In this document: positions 8,434 to 17,888 of the stretch, one piece after another
Layout of the letters: the number at the start of each line of letters is the position of its first letter
Numbering within the stretch: the stretch's first letter is position 1
Source of the DNA: Flavobacteriales bacterium
Lineage (GTDB): Bacteria > Bacteroidota > Bacteroidia > Flavobacteriales > BACL11
NCBI GenBank assembly: GCA_012960835.1
Contig: DUAL01000074.1
Coordinates: 1-40,113 of the forward strand
Direction: 5' to 3'
Length of the DNA stretch: 40,113 bases
Notes under the pieces: model-generated
What the model saw: the letters and a program-made list of their open reading frames with translations, nothing else
The model's database searches: none
What the model was told of the DNA's origin: nothing
Program-made: the position numbers and the translations under genes

Positions 8434-9213
8434 TTAATGAGTATGGGGATGACCATCACCATGGGAATGTTCATGCTTACTATTGTCTGATTTAATGAGT
8501 GGTTCATTTTTTAATTCCTGTGGGGCTAATTGATGTTGATGATGACCATGGTCAATAAAATAGCCATTAACTTGATAAGCTAATAAAACAATACCTGCTA
8601 CAACTAATATCCCATTTGATATTTTGGATATTATATCAAAGGACTTTCCTCTAAGCAATGAAAGTAGTGGGAAAACGATTATTAATACGGCTATTTGCCC
8701 AAATTCCACCCCTACATTAAAAGACAATATTTGAGATAAAGACAAATTAATACCTGAAGCAACTGCTACTTCTTGTAGTTTTGTTGATAAGCCAAAGCCA
8801 TGAATTAATCCAAATATAAAAACCATTAAAATTAAATTGGGAGGATTAACAGAAAAGTACTTTTTAAAACCATCCAGATTTTCAAATCCTTTATAGACAA
8901 CACTGAATGCAATTACAGCATCAATTAAATACGTATTTGCTGTAATGCCATAAAAAGTGGCAAAAACAAGCGTGATACAATGCGCAATTGTAAAGGCGGT
9001 TATAAATTTAAAAATATCAGAATAGTTGCTAAGAAAAAACACAACTCCAATTAAAAATAAAATATGATCATATCCTGTAAGCATATGCTCTGCACCAAAA
9101 TAAATAAAATCCATTAATGAGGCATCAGCCATAGCATCAATTATTGATTTTGAAACGCCATGAGCCCATCCAATCAAAGGCATAAATAGTAATAGGACTA
9201 ATAGTTTTTTCAT
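8434..9213 (-). CDS. HupE/UreJ-family metal (Ni/Co-type) transporter with His-rich C-terminal tail
   Basis: Signal peptide, family motif GAEHMLTGYDHILFL, and multiple TM helices. The C-terminal ~45 aa carry about 11 His (HGHHQHQ...HEHSHGDGHPHTH). Confidence 0.8.
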   Translation of the reverse strand: MKKLLVLLLFMPLIGWAHGVSKSIIDAMADASLMDFIYFGAEHMLTGYDHILFLIGVVFFLSNYSDIFKFITAFTIAHCITLVFATFYGITANTYLIDAVIAFSVVYKGFENLDGFKKYFSVNPPNLILMVFIFGLIHGFGLSTKLQEVAVASGINLSLSQILSFNVGVEFGQIAVLIIVFPLLSLLRGKSFDIISKISNGILVVAGIVLLAYQVNGYFIDHGHHQHQLAPQELKNEPLIKSDNSKHEHSHGDGHPHTH

Positions 9214-9218
9214 GTAAA

Positions 9219-9226
9219 CAAAGGTA
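9219..9226 (-). promoter_or_regulatory. putative -7 box TACCTTTG only 5 nt from the hupE-like start
   Basis: Minus strand reads TACCTTTG-TTTAC-ATG(9213). Confidence 0.4.
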
Positions 9227-9240
9227 TAAAAAAAGGAACC

Positions 9241-10269
9241 TTATTCGGTATAAATTACTTCCAACAAAGTTTGCCCCACCGCATTTAAGGTGTTTTTATC
9301 TATGTTATCCATATCATCTTTATGGGTATGCCAATGCTTGTTAAAATTATTTTCAGTGGCTGGGTCGTACTCAATAATATCAATGGTTGGGATACCTGTA
9401 ATAGCATTTACATAATAATGGTCGTCCACAATTTGTTTGCTGTTCTGGTACACAAAATGATTCCCAAATCCTAATTTGCTGGCAGTTCTCCATACCTTTT
9501 GCAAGATATTTGATCCATAATAGAATGAGATTTGTTCTTGCCTAAAAGTGGCATCTTTTGCTCCAACCATATCCAACAAAATTCCATAACGAGCAAAGTA
9601 GTTTGGCTTATGCGGATTGTTGCTCCAATATTGCGAACCTAAGCACCAAGAATCTTGCATAATAGGAAATTTGGAATTTTCAGGTTGCCCATAATCTTCT
9701 GCATCAAATAATATTATATCCAATCCAATTTTAGGTTTTTTAATACTGAACTGGCGAGCCATTTCTAACAAAACACCAACCCCACTTCCTCCATCATTTG
9801 CTCCAAGTATTGGGCTATTTTGATTTTCAGTATCATGGTCGGCAATATGTCTGCTATCCCAATGGGCAAATAGGGCAATTCTATTATTTTTCTCAGGAGA
9901 AAAAGAGGTGATAATATTTTTTAGGGTATGATTTTCCCCGTCATAAGTTGTGATTAGCGCTTCTTGTACAATTACATTTGGAGTGTAAGTTTTCAGTTTT
10001 TTTTCTAACCAAATGGCACAATTTTTCCAGCCTTTACTAGAAATTACTCTTGGCCCAAAACTGACTTGTTTTGCTACAAAAGTATAAGCCGAATCCGCAT
10101 TAAAAGTAGGGACTTCAATTTTTGCTTTTGGTTTTTTAGTAGTCTTTTTTTGTTGAGGTTCTGTGGAGCAGGAGGAAATAAATAAAATTATGAGTAAACC
10201 GAACACACCCCTAGCCCCTCTTTTTAGAGGGGAAGTTTTGTTAAAAATCTCATATCTCAAATCTATCAT
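9241..10269 (-). CDS. M28-family metallopeptidase-fold lipoprotein, glutaminyl-peptide cyclotransferase-like
   Basis: Motifs HWDSRHIADHD, GANDGGSGVG, LFDAEDYG and WHTHKDD; lipobox FISSC. The track ORF reaches 10314 and overlaps cysS, so I use ATG 10269, 7 nt after the cysS stop. A GTG further downstream cannot be excluded. Confidence 0.8.
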   Translation of the reverse strand: MIDLRYEIFNKTSPLKRGARGVFGLLIILFISSCSTEPQQKKTTKKPKAKIEVPTFNADSAYTFVAKQVSFGPRVISSKGWKNCAIWLEKKLKTYTPNVIVQEALITTYDGENHTLKNIITSFSPEKNNRIALFAHWDSRHIADHDTENQNSPILGANDGGSGVGVLLEMARQFSIKKPKIGLDIILFDAEDYGQPENSKFPIMQDSWCLGSQYWSNNPHKPNYFARYGILLDMVGAKDATFRQEQISFYYGSNILQKVWRTASKLGFGNHFVYQNSKQIVDDHYYVNAITGIPTIDIIEYDPATENNFNKHWHTHKDDMDNIDKNTLNAVGQTLLEVIYTE

Positions 10270-10279
10270 CTCAAATCTA
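10254..10279 (-). repeat. tandem direct repeat, 12-bp unit ATCTCAAATCTA x2 with a 2-bp spacer
   Basis: Exact copies at 10254-10265 and 10268-10279. On the minus strand each copy contains TAGATTTG (a TAnnTTTG match). The upstream copy includes the cysS TAG stop. Confidence 0.9.
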
Positions 10280-11746
10280 ATTCTTAACCTCCCAACTACT
10301 TTCTTCTCTACCATCTTTTACTTGGATATTGAGTTTGCTTAATTCCTCACGAATCAAATCAGCAGAATCAAAATCTTTATTTGCTTTGGCATTTTCTCTG
10401 AGTTTCAAAACCAATTCCATCACTCCATTTGTCAAATCATTTTCGCTACTTTCTTTTGCTGAGATGAAGCCTAAAATATCAGTAACAAAAGTAGTAAAGA
10501 GGTATTTCATTTTTTCTAAATCAGTAGCATTCAAGCTTTCTTTTCCATCTTTTACTGAGTTGATGATACGTACACCATCAAATAAATGGGCAATGAGAAT
10601 AGGAGTGTTAAAATCATCATCCATTGCCGCATAGCACTTTTGTTCCAATTCATTTACATCAAAAGTGGAATTTTCAGAAGATGATAATTCCTCTAAAGTT
10701 TCCATGGCATTCATCAGTTTTGTAAATCCTTTTTCGGCTGCTTGCAGAGCTTCATTGCTAAAGTCCACTGTACTTCTGTAATGTGCTTGCAAAATGAAAA
10801 AACGAATGCACATTGGGGTGTAGGATCTTTCCAATTTCGTATGACTTCCTGTAAAGAATTCTTCCAAATTGATAAAATTTCCTAAGGATTTTCCCATCTT
10901 TTTTCCATCAACCGTAATCATATTATTATGCATCCAATAGTTTACCGGATTACAATTGTTGCAAGCGTTTGATTGTGCAATTTCCGCTTCATGATGTGGA
11001 AAAACTAAATCCATTCCTCCACCATGAATATCAAAATTCTTGCCTAAATATTTTTCACTCATTGCCGAACATTCCATGTGCCAACCTGGGAATCCTTCTC
11101 CCCAAGGGGAAGTCCACCTCATGATGTGTTCAGGATTTGCTTTTTTCCAAATGGCAAAATCCACTGCACTCTTCTTTTCAGATTGACCGTCCAAATTACG
11201 CGTTCCCTCCAAAGTATCTTCCAAATTTCTTCCAGATAAAGTTCCATAAGGATACTTTTCATTATACTTATTTACATCTAAATAAACAGAACCATTTACT
11301 TCATAGGCAAATCCGTTTTCCAAGATTCTTTTTACCATTTCAATTTGTTCAATAATATGGCCTGTGGCTCTCGGCTCGATTGATGGAGGTAAGCAATTTA
11401 ACTTTTCCATTGCTTTGTGATAACTGAGGGTATAAAACTGCACAATCTCCATAGGTTCCAATTGCTCCAAGCAGGCTTGTTTTGCAATTTTATCTTCCCC
11501 CTGATCAGCATCATTTTCAAGGTGCCCTGCATCAGTGATGTTTCTTACATACCTAACTTTATAATCGGCATGTTTTAGGTACCGGAAAACTACATCAAAA
11601 GTAATTGCTGGGCGAGCGTGACCTAGATGTGGATCGCCATAAACAGTAGGTCCGCAAACATACATTCCTACATGATTTTCTACAATAGGTTTAAAGATTT
11701 CCTTCTTTCGACTAAGGGTATTGTATATTTGTATATCTCCTTTCAT
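10277..11746 (-). CDS. cysS: cysteine--tRNA ligase
   Basis: HIGH-type HLGHARP and KMSKS-type KMGKSLGN. 489 aa. The ATG shares one base with the upstream tdh TAA (TAATG). Confidence 0.95.
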   Translation of the reverse strand: MKGDIQIYNTLSRKKEIFKPIVENHVGMYVCGPTVYGDPHLGHARPAITFDVVFRYLKHADYKVRYVRNITDAGHLENDADQGEDKIAKQACLEQLEPMEIVQFYTLSYHKAMEKLNCLPPSIEPRATGHIIEQIEMVKRILENGFAYEVNGSVYLDVNKYNEKYPYGTLSGRNLEDTLEGTRNLDGQSEKKSAVDFAIWKKANPEHIMRWTSPWGEGFPGWHMECSAMSEKYLGKNFDIHGGGMDLVFPHHEAEIAQSNACNNCNPVNYWMHNNMITVDGKKMGKSLGNFINLEEFFTGSHTKLERSYTPMCIRFFILQAHYRSTVDFSNEALQAAEKGFTKLMNAMETLEELSSSENSTFDVNELEQKCYAAMDDDFNTPILIAHLFDGVRIINSVKDGKESLNATDLEKMKYLFTTFVTDILGFISAKESSENDLTNGVMELVLKLRENAKANKDFDSADLIREELSKLNIQVKDGREESSWEVKN

Positions 11747-12741
11747 TAAGCAGTAATTTTATATTGTTTTTTCAGATTTATTATCATATCAGTTGTCATT
11801 TTTTCTAAATTATATTTCAATTCCCAACCCCAATCTTTTTGCGCAAAACTATCATTAATGCTTTGTGGCCAAGAATTTGCAATTTCCTGCCGGAAATCTG
11901 GCTTATACGACATTTCAAAATTAGGAATATGTTTTGAAACCTCAGCAGCAATCTGTTTTGGCGTAAAATTTATCCCAGCTAAATTGTAGGATGAACGGAT
12001 TTTTACTTGCTCGACAGGCGCTTCCATTAACTCAATTGTAGCTCGGATGGCATCTGGCATATACATCATAGGCAAGGAAGTATTTTCACTCAAAAAACTC
12101 TGGTATTTTCCAGTTTTAATTGCCTGATGAAAAATATTAACCGCATAATCTGTTGTCCCACCACCAGGAGCTGATTTCCAGCCAATAAGCCCCGGATAGC
12201 GGAGACTCCTAACATCTACATTAAATTTATTGAAGTAATATTCACACCATCTCTCTCCTGCCAACTTACTAATACCATAAACCGTATTTGGTTCCATTAT
12301 AGTGTATTGAGGAGTCATTTTTTTTGGAGTAGTATGGCCAAAAACAGCTATTGAAGATGGCCAAAATAGTTTTTTGATATGCTTTTCTTTAGACAATAAC
12401 AAAATATTAGAAAGAGATAAAGTATTTAGTCGCCAAGCTAGCTCTACGTTTTTTTCACTTTTAGCAGAAAGCATTGCTGCCAATAAATAAACTTGATTGA
12501 TTTTATATGATTTTATAATGTGATATATTTTATTTTTATCCAATGCATCTAATTCTATATAAGGGCCTCTCTTGTTCATCTTTTTAGAGTAAATAACTGT
12601 AGAATGAGCTCTCAATTTACTATTAACAGGATAAATATCTGATGCAATTACATTTGTTTCGCCATATATTTTTCGTAATGAAGTTACTAATTCTGATCCT
12701 ACTTGCCCGGAGGCCCCTATGATTAATATACGATCACTCAT
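11746..12741 (-). CDS. tdh: extended-SDR NAD-dependent epimerase/dehydratase-fold protein, probably L-threonine 3-dehydrogenase
   Basis: GASGQVGS Rossmann motif and YGISK catalytic motif. The C-terminal block [11 protein letters not shown]...[10 protein letters not shown]...SWPQSINDS matches my memory of SDR-type threonine dehydrogenases. Confidence 0.7.
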   Translation of the reverse strand: MSDRILIIGASGQVGSELVTSLRKIYGETNVIASDIYPVNSKLRAHSTVIYSKKMNKRGPYIELDALDKNKIYHIIKSYKINQVYLLAAMLSAKSEKNVELAWRLNTLSLSNILLLSKEKHIKKLFWPSSIAVFGHTTPKKMTPQYTIMEPNTVYGISKLAGERWCEYYFNKFNVDVRSLRYPGLIGWKSAPGGGTTDYAVNIFHQAIKTGKYQSFLSENTSLPMMYMPDAIRATIELMEAPVEQVKIRSSYNLAGINFTPKQIAAEVSKHIPNFEMSYKPDFRQEIANSWPQSINDSFAQKDWGWELKYNLEKMTTDMIINLKKQYKITA

Positions 12742-12759
12742 TTATAAAATTATTTTGCA

Positions 12760-12767
12760 CAAATATA
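12760..12767 (-). promoter_or_regulatory. putative -7 box TATATTTG for the tdh-cysS-M28 unit
   Basis: Plus strand CAAATATA, 18 nt upstream of ATG 12741. Confidence 0.4.
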
Positions 12768-12824
12768 ATATAAACACTATACTCTCAGCAATAATTTTCT
12801 TATCAATAAAAATGATAGATTTTA

Positions 12825-12832
12825 TATCTTTG
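12825..12832 (+). promoter_or_regulatory. putative -7 box TATCTTTG(C) for trhO-queD
   Basis: 21 nt upstream of ATG 12854. Confidence 0.45.
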
Positions 12833-12853
12833 CAAATAATTTAAAAGTAATAG

Positions 12854-13915
12854 ATGGATCCAAATGGAGGTAAAAAAAGAATGTTTAATAAGCTGAGTAA
12901 GCAGCAAGCAATAGCAAAGCTTGAAGGCGAATCTTTTAAAAGAAAAACCCTTTCTTTTTACAGATATGTGATTTTGAAATCTCCATTTCAATTAAGAGAT
13001 CAATTATATGTCCATTGGACAGAATTAGGCGTTTTGGGAAGAATTTATTTGGCCCATGAAGGGGTAAATGCACAGCTGAGTGTACCGGAACACAATTGGG
13101 AAGCATTTGTAAAAAATGTGCATGCTAATGAATATTTTGCAGCAATGCCATTTAAAATAGCGGTGGAGGATGATGGGCAATCTTTTTTTAAACTTACCAT
13201 AAAGGTCCGTAATCAAATAGTGGCGGATGGCTTAAAAATAAATGAATATGATGTAACCAATGTTGGGAAGCATTTGGATGCTAAGCAATGGAACAAAGCC
13301 ATGAGATGTGGTGCAACGGTGGTGGATATGCGCAATTATTATGAGAGTGAAATTGGAAAATTTGAAGGTGCAATATGCCCAGAAGCAGAAACTTTCAAAG
13401 AAGAATTACCAGCAGTAAAAAAGCTGCTAAAAGGAAAAGAACAGGAGCAAATTCTATTGTATTGTACAGGAGGAATAAGGTGTGAAAAAACTTCTGCCTA
13501 CTTAAAACATCATGGCTTTAATGATGTTAGCCAGCTGCATGGTGGTATTATTGATTATGCCAGACAATTAGAAAAAAACGAGAAATTAGAAAATAAATTT
13601 GAAGGCAAGAATTTTGTTTTTGATGAGCGATTGGGCGAGCGAATTTCTGACAAAATAATCAGCAATTGTCACCAATGTGGCAAGCCATCCGATACGCATA
13701 TTAATTGCCGCAATGTAAACTGCAATTTACTATTTATACAATGCGAAAATTGTAAAAAAGAAAATAAGGGATGTTGCTCGCCAGAGTGTATTAAAGTCGC
13801 AAATTTGCCAATAGAAAAACAAGAAGAAATCAGGAAAGGACAACAAAATAAAAAGCGTTTTCATAGCCACAGCAAAGTAGATTTAAGTAAAGCATTTAAT
13901 AAAAAAAATGATTAG
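12854..13915 (+). CDS. trhO: rhodanese-domain tRNA uridine(34) hydroxylase (TrhO/YceA, UPF0176)
   Basis: RIYLAHEGVNAQLSVP N-domain, rhodanese loop CTGGIRCEK, and a Cys-rich C-terminal region. A second in-frame ATG at 12881 is an alternative start. Confidence 0.85.
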   Translation: MDPNGGKKRMFNKLSKQQAIAKLEGESFKRKTLSFYRYVILKSPFQLRDQLYVHWTELGVLGRIYLAHEGVNAQLSVPEHNWEAFVKNVHANEYFAAMPFKIAVEDDGQSFFKLTIKVRNQIVADGLKINEYDVTNVGKHLDAKQWNKAMRCGATVVDMRNYYESEIGKFEGAICPEAETFKEELPAVKKLLKGKEQEQILLYCTGGIRCEKTSAYLKHHGFNDVSQLHGGIIDYARQLEKNEKLENKFEGKNFVFDERLGERISDKIISNCHQCGKPSDTHINCRNVNCNLLFIQCENCKKENKGCCSPECIKVANLPIEKQEEIRKGQQNKKRFHSHSKVDLSKAFNKKND

Positions 13916-14342
13916 AATAACAAAAGCATTCAAACTGGAAATGGCACATGCCCTACATGGCTATGATGGGCTATGCAAAAATATTCACGGACATTCCTAT
14001 AAATTGTGGGTAACTATAAGAGGAGAAATAAGAAATGAAAAAGGACATCAAAAGGATGGGATGGTGATGGATTTTGATGTTATCAAGCAAATTGTAAAAC
14101 CAGAAATTATAGATAAATACGACCACTCTTTGGTTTTAAATGCTAATTCGCCACATGCTGCAATTGATTTGTCCGCATTTGAAAAAGTATTTTACCTGCC
14201 CTACCAACCTACTTCCGAAAATTTGGTGTTGGATTTTGCCAGCATAATTAAAGGCAAACTTCCATCTCATATAGAATTATACAAAATAGTTTTGTCGGAA
14301 ACAGATACTTCCTTTGCAGAGTGGAATATGGAGGATATTTAA
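13908..14342 (+). CDS. queD: 6-carboxy-5,6,7,8-tetrahydropterin synthase
   Basis: Cx3HGH signature (LCKNIHGHSY) of the QueD branch of the PTPS fold. 144 aa. 8-nt overlap with trhO. Confidence 0.85.
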   Translation: MIRITKAFKLEMAHALHGYDGLCKNIHGHSYKLWVTIRGEIRNEKGHQKDGMVMDFDVIKQIVKPEIIDKYDHSLVLNANSPHAAIDLSAFEKVFYLPYQPTSENLVLDFASIIKGKLPSHIELYKIVLSETDTSFAEWNMEDI

Positions 14343-16087
14343 TCTTCACTTACTTCAAGCAAGCGCCTACGATAAACCGAAAATAATTTGGATTTTGAAA
14401 TATAGCCCACATATTTTCCTTTTTTGAGCACAGGGAGATTCCATGCCCCAGTATCTTTAAAAATAGCAGTTACTTCTTCCATTGTGTTATGGGTGGAAAG
14501 CACTCCCAGTGGCGCTCGCATCATGCTGGTAACCGTTTCACTTTGGTATAAACTTTGGTCGAACATAATCCCTCTTACATCATCCATAGCCACGATTCCT
14601 AAAAAAGTATTTTCACTATCCACTACAGGAAAAATATTCCGTTTGGAATTAGCAACAATTTTCACGAATTCTCCCAATATCATGGAAGGATTTACTATTG
14701 ATAAATCTTTCTCTATTATTTTTTCCAATTTTATTCTTGATAAAATTGCCTTGTCTTTATGATGGGTAACCAAATCGCCTCTTTTTGCCAATTGCATGGT
14801 AAATACCGAATGTGGAACAAAATAAGTAGAAGTAATATAGGCAATGGAAGAGCTTATCATTAGTGGGATAAAAAGCTGATATCCAGATGTAATTTCTGCA
14901 ATAAGGAAAATGGCAGTAAGTGGTGCGTGCATCACCCCAGCCATAAGTGCTGCCATGCCAACCAATGCAAAATGGCTTTCTGATAAATTATTAAGACCTA
15001 GAAAAGCCAAAGATTTTGAAAAAATGACTCCCAAACTAGCGCCCATAAAAAGTACTGGAGCAAAAATACCACCAACTCCTCCAGCCCCAATTGTTGCGGA
15101 AGTAGCAATCACTTTCAAAAGAAAAAGTCCAATCAAAAACAATAATAAATTTTGATTATTTTCTACTATATCAGCAGAATTTCCACTGGTTAATTTATTG
15201 ATAAACTCATAACCCTCACCAAAAAGTGGTGGAAACAGATATATTAAAATACTAAGAATGCTTCCCCCTAAAATAATTTTCCAAAAGCGTTTTTTTATAC
15301 GTTTGAATTTAGTAGTTACAAAAGTATAGCAGTGGTAAAAATAGACAGAAGTAAATCCTGCCAACAATCCTAATCCTACATAAAGTAATAAATCATTTAA
15401 AGCGAAACCACCTTGGATACTGACAGGCAATAATAACTCTTCCCCTAAAAAAAATCGACTTGTCATCACAGCAGAAACAGAAGCAAGTAAAAGAGGAATT
15501 AAAGATGCCATGGTTAAATCGAGCATAATTACCTCAATAGCAAAAATAATAGCAGCAATGGGTGCCTTGAAAATAGCGGCAATAGTTCCAGCAACTGCAC
15601 AGCCAATAAGTAATGTTTTACTTTTATAATTGAGATGAAATAATTTTGACAGCCGAGAACCAATTGCCGAACCACTAACAGCTGTTGGGGCTTCCAAGCC
15701 AACCGAACCGCCAAAACCAACCGTAAGAGCAGAGGATATAATTGGCGAAAACATTTGATGCCACCGCATGATACTATTGCGCTTGGAGATGGAATACAAA
15801 ATAGAAACAAAGCCTCTATTCCCTGGTTTTTTTAGGATGTATTTTAGAAATAAGTAAACAAGCGCTATTCCAATTAAAGGATAGAAGAAATACAAATAAT
15901 CATTCCAATTTATCCTTATTCCAGTAGTTAGAAACTCCTCAATAAAGAAAACGGAATTTTTAATAATTACAGCAATTATTCCTGAAATTAGTCCAATGAT
16001 AATACTCAGAATGTAAATAAATTGCTTGTGGTTTAGGTGCTTTAATCGCCAAACTAAAAAGCGTTTTAATAGCGACTTGTTTTCCAT
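14339..16087 (-). CDS. ClC-family chloride channel/antiporter with C-terminal CBS pair
   Basis: GSVGLEAP and GGIFAP selectivity-filter-type motifs, about 10 TM helices, and two CBS-like repeats at the C-terminus. 582 aa. Confidence 0.88.
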   Translation of the reverse strand: MENKSLLKRFLVWRLKHLNHKQFIYILSIIIGLISGIIAVIIKNSVFFIEEFLTTGIRINWNDYLYFFYPLIGIALVYLFLKYILKKPGNRGFVSILYSISKRNSIMRWHQMFSPIISSALTVGFGGSVGLEAPTAVSGSAIGSRLSKLFHLNYKSKTLLIGCAVAGTIAAIFKAPIAAIIFAIEVIMLDLTMASLIPLLLASVSAVMTSRFFLGEELLLPVSIQGGFALNDLLLYVGLGLLAGFTSVYFYHCYTFVTTKFKRIKKRFWKIILGGSILSILIYLFPPLFGEGYEFINKLTSGNSADIVENNQNLLLFLIGLFLLKVIATSATIGAGGVGGIFAPVLFMGASLGVIFSKSLAFLGLNNLSESHFALVGMAALMAGVMHAPLTAIFLIAEITSGYQLFIPLMISSSIAYITSTYFVPHSVFTMQLAKRGDLVTHHKDKAILSRIKLEKIIEKDLSIVNPSMILGEFVKIVANSKRNIFPVVDSENTFLGIVAMDDVRGIMFDQSLYQSETVTSMMRAPLGVLSTHNTMEEVTAIFKDTGAWNLPVLKKGKYVGYISKSKLFSVYRRRLLEVSED

Positions 16088-16088
16088 T

Positions 16089-17831
16089 TTAAAGAAGTCT
16101 AATATTTAACTCTTTCAATTGTTCCTCATCAATATCGGATGGCGAGTCAATCATCACATCTCTACCCGAGTTATTCTTTGGGAATGCAATAAAATCACGG
16201 ATGCTTTCTTGTCCTCCCATTATTGCACATAAACGATCAAACCCAAAGGCAACTCCACCATGGGGTGGCGCTCCATATTCAAAGGCCTCCATCAAAAATC
16301 CGAATTGTTCTTTTGCCTCTTCTTCCGTAAATCCTAAATGCTTAAACATGAGTTGTTGCAAGGCTCTATCGTGTATTCTTATACTTCCACCACCTATCTC
16401 ATTTCCGTTCATCACAAGGTCATAAGCATTGGCACGCACTGCTGCTGGGTCAGTATCTAGTTTTGCAATATCTTCTGGCTTTGGTGAGGTAAACGGGTGG
16501 TGCATTGCATGGTATCTTTCTGTGTCCTCATCCCATTCTAATAGTGGAAAATCCAACACCCATAAGGGGGCGAATACTTCAGGATTTCTAAGCCCTAGTT
16601 CTTCTGCTAAGTGCAAACGCAAAGTCCCTAAGGCCTTTCTTGTTTTGTCTACACCTCCTGCCATTATTAGTAATAAGTCACCAGGTTCACATCCTGCTTT
16701 TTCGGCCCAAGCTTTTCTAGCTTCTTCATCAAAAAACTTATCTACTGTCGATTTTGATGTTCCGTCCTCATTGTACTTGCAATAGATAAGTCCTGTTGCG
16801 CCAACTTGTGGTGTTTTTACAAAATTTACTAAGGTATCTAATTGCTTACGCGTATAATTCGCACATCCTTTTGCATTAATAGCAACTACTAATTCTGAAT
16901 TATCAAATACCCCAAAATCTTTCCCTTGGCAAAGCGCATTCATTTCCACAAACTGCATATCAAAACGAATATCTGGTTTGTCTGAACCATACAATTCCAT
17001 GGCATTATCATAAGTCATTCTTGGGAATTCACAGAGCTCAACTCCTTTTACTTCCTTAAGTAAATGGCGAGTTAATCCTTCAAACATATTCAGGATATCT
17101 TCCTGTTCAATAAAGGACATTTCACAGTCAATCTGAGTAAATTCTGGCTGACGATCAGCACGCAAATCTTCATCTCTAAAGCATTTTACGATTTGATAAT
17201 ATTTATCAATTCCACCCACCATGAGCAATTGCTTAAAAGTTTGTGGCGATTGAGGAAGGGCATAAAACTGCTTTTCGTTCATTCTACTTGGCACTACAAA
17301 ATCCCTTGCTCCTTCAGGAGTGGATTTGATTAAGTAAGGCGTTTCTACTTCAATAAATCCTTGCTTATCCAAGTAATTTCTTGTTGCTTTCGACACTTGG
17401 TGCCTTAACATCAAATTCTCTTTTATCGGATTTCTTCTAATATCCAGATAACGATACTTCATTCTTATTTCATCCCCACCATCTGTTTCGTTTTCTATGG
17501 TAAAAGGAGGTGTTTTTGATTTGTTCAGGATTGTTAATTCACCTATTTCAATTTCAATTTCACCTGTAGGAATATTTTTATTTTTACTTTCTCTTTCTAC
17601 TACTTTTCCTTTTATCTGAATCACAAATTCACGCCCTAATTTTCTGGCATCAGCACAAAGGTCCGCATTTACATCCATGTTAAAGGCCAATTGTGTAATT
17701 CCGTATCTATCCCTTAAATCCACAAAAGTCATTCCTCCTAAATCTCTTGTTTTCTGTACCCATCCGCTTAGGGTTACCTCTTCACCAACTTTGGAGATGT
17801 TTAATGTACCGCAATTATGTGTTCTCAACAT
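16089..17831 (-). CDS. aspS: aspartate--tRNA ligase
   Basis: Class II motifs [26 protein letters not shown] and GVAFGFDRL. The track ORF extends to 18023, but the family N-terminus MLRTHNCG begins at ATG 17831 and a -7 box lies 26 nt upstream of it. Confidence 0.95.
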   Translation of the reverse strand: MLRTHNCGTLNISKVGEEVTLSGWVQKTRDLGGMTFVDLRDRYGITQLAFNMDVNADLCADARKLGREFVIQIKGKVVERESKNKNIPTGEIEIEIGELTILNKSKTPPFTIENETDGGDEIRMKYRYLDIRRNPIKENLMLRHQVSKATRNYLDKQGFIEVETPYLIKSTPEGARDFVVPSRMNEKQFYALPQSPQTFKQLLMVGGIDKYYQIVKCFRDEDLRADRQPEFTQIDCEMSFIEQEDILNMFEGLTRHLLKEVKGVELCEFPRMTYDNAMELYGSDKPDIRFDMQFVEMNALCQGKDFGVFDNSELVVAINAKGCANYTRKQLDTLVNFVKTPQVGATGLIYCKYNEDGTSKSTVDKFFDEEARKAWAEKAGCEPGDLLLIMAGGVDKTRKALGTLRLHLAEELGLRNPEVFAPLWVLDFPLLEWDEDTERYHAMHHPFTSPKPEDIAKLDTDPAAVRANAYDLVMNGNEIGGGSIRIHDRALQQLMFKHLGFTEEEAKEQFGFLMEAFEYGAPPHGGVAFGFDRLCAIMGGQESIRDFIAFPKNNSGRDVMIDSPSDIDEEQLKELNIRLL

Positions 17832-17857
17832 TTTTAATTTATTTGCTTGCGAAATTA

Positions 17858-17865
17858 CAAAACTA
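17858..17865 (-). promoter_or_regulatory. putative -7 box TAGTTTTG for aspS (and the downstream ClC gene)
   Basis: Plus strand CAAAACTA, 26 nt upstream of ATG 17831. Confidence 0.45.
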
Positions 17866-17876
17866 ATTGTGTTAAC

Positions 17877-17884
17877 TATCTTTG
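17877..17884 (+). promoter_or_regulatory. putative -7 box TATCTTTG(C) 4 nt from the tadA start
   Basis: TATCTTTG-CACT-ATG(17889). Confidence 0.45.
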
Positions 17885-17888
17885 CACT

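Noticed and set aside
10270-10314. 15-aa extension of the M28 lipoprotein ORF overlapping the cysS 3' end
   Set aside because: It is an ORF-finder artefact caused by taking the longest ORF. ATG 10269 lies just after the cysS stop and still precedes the signal peptide and lipobox.
15690-15725. Low-complexity AACCGAACCGCCAAAACCAACCG stretch that looked like a microsatellite
   Set aside because: It is the antisense of Gly/Phe/Val codons encoding the conserved GFGGSVGLEAP segment of the ClC channel, not a repeat element.
14424-15810. Several 80-112-aa alternative-frame and antisense ORFs inside the ClC gene
   Set aside because: The ClC frame carries the channel motifs and CBS domains throughout, and the alternative frames have no features.
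16201-16785. Two antisense ORFs (74 and 118 aa) inside aspS
   Set aside because: Ser/Ala/Pro-rich mirror-frame products of a conserved gene, with no independent signals.
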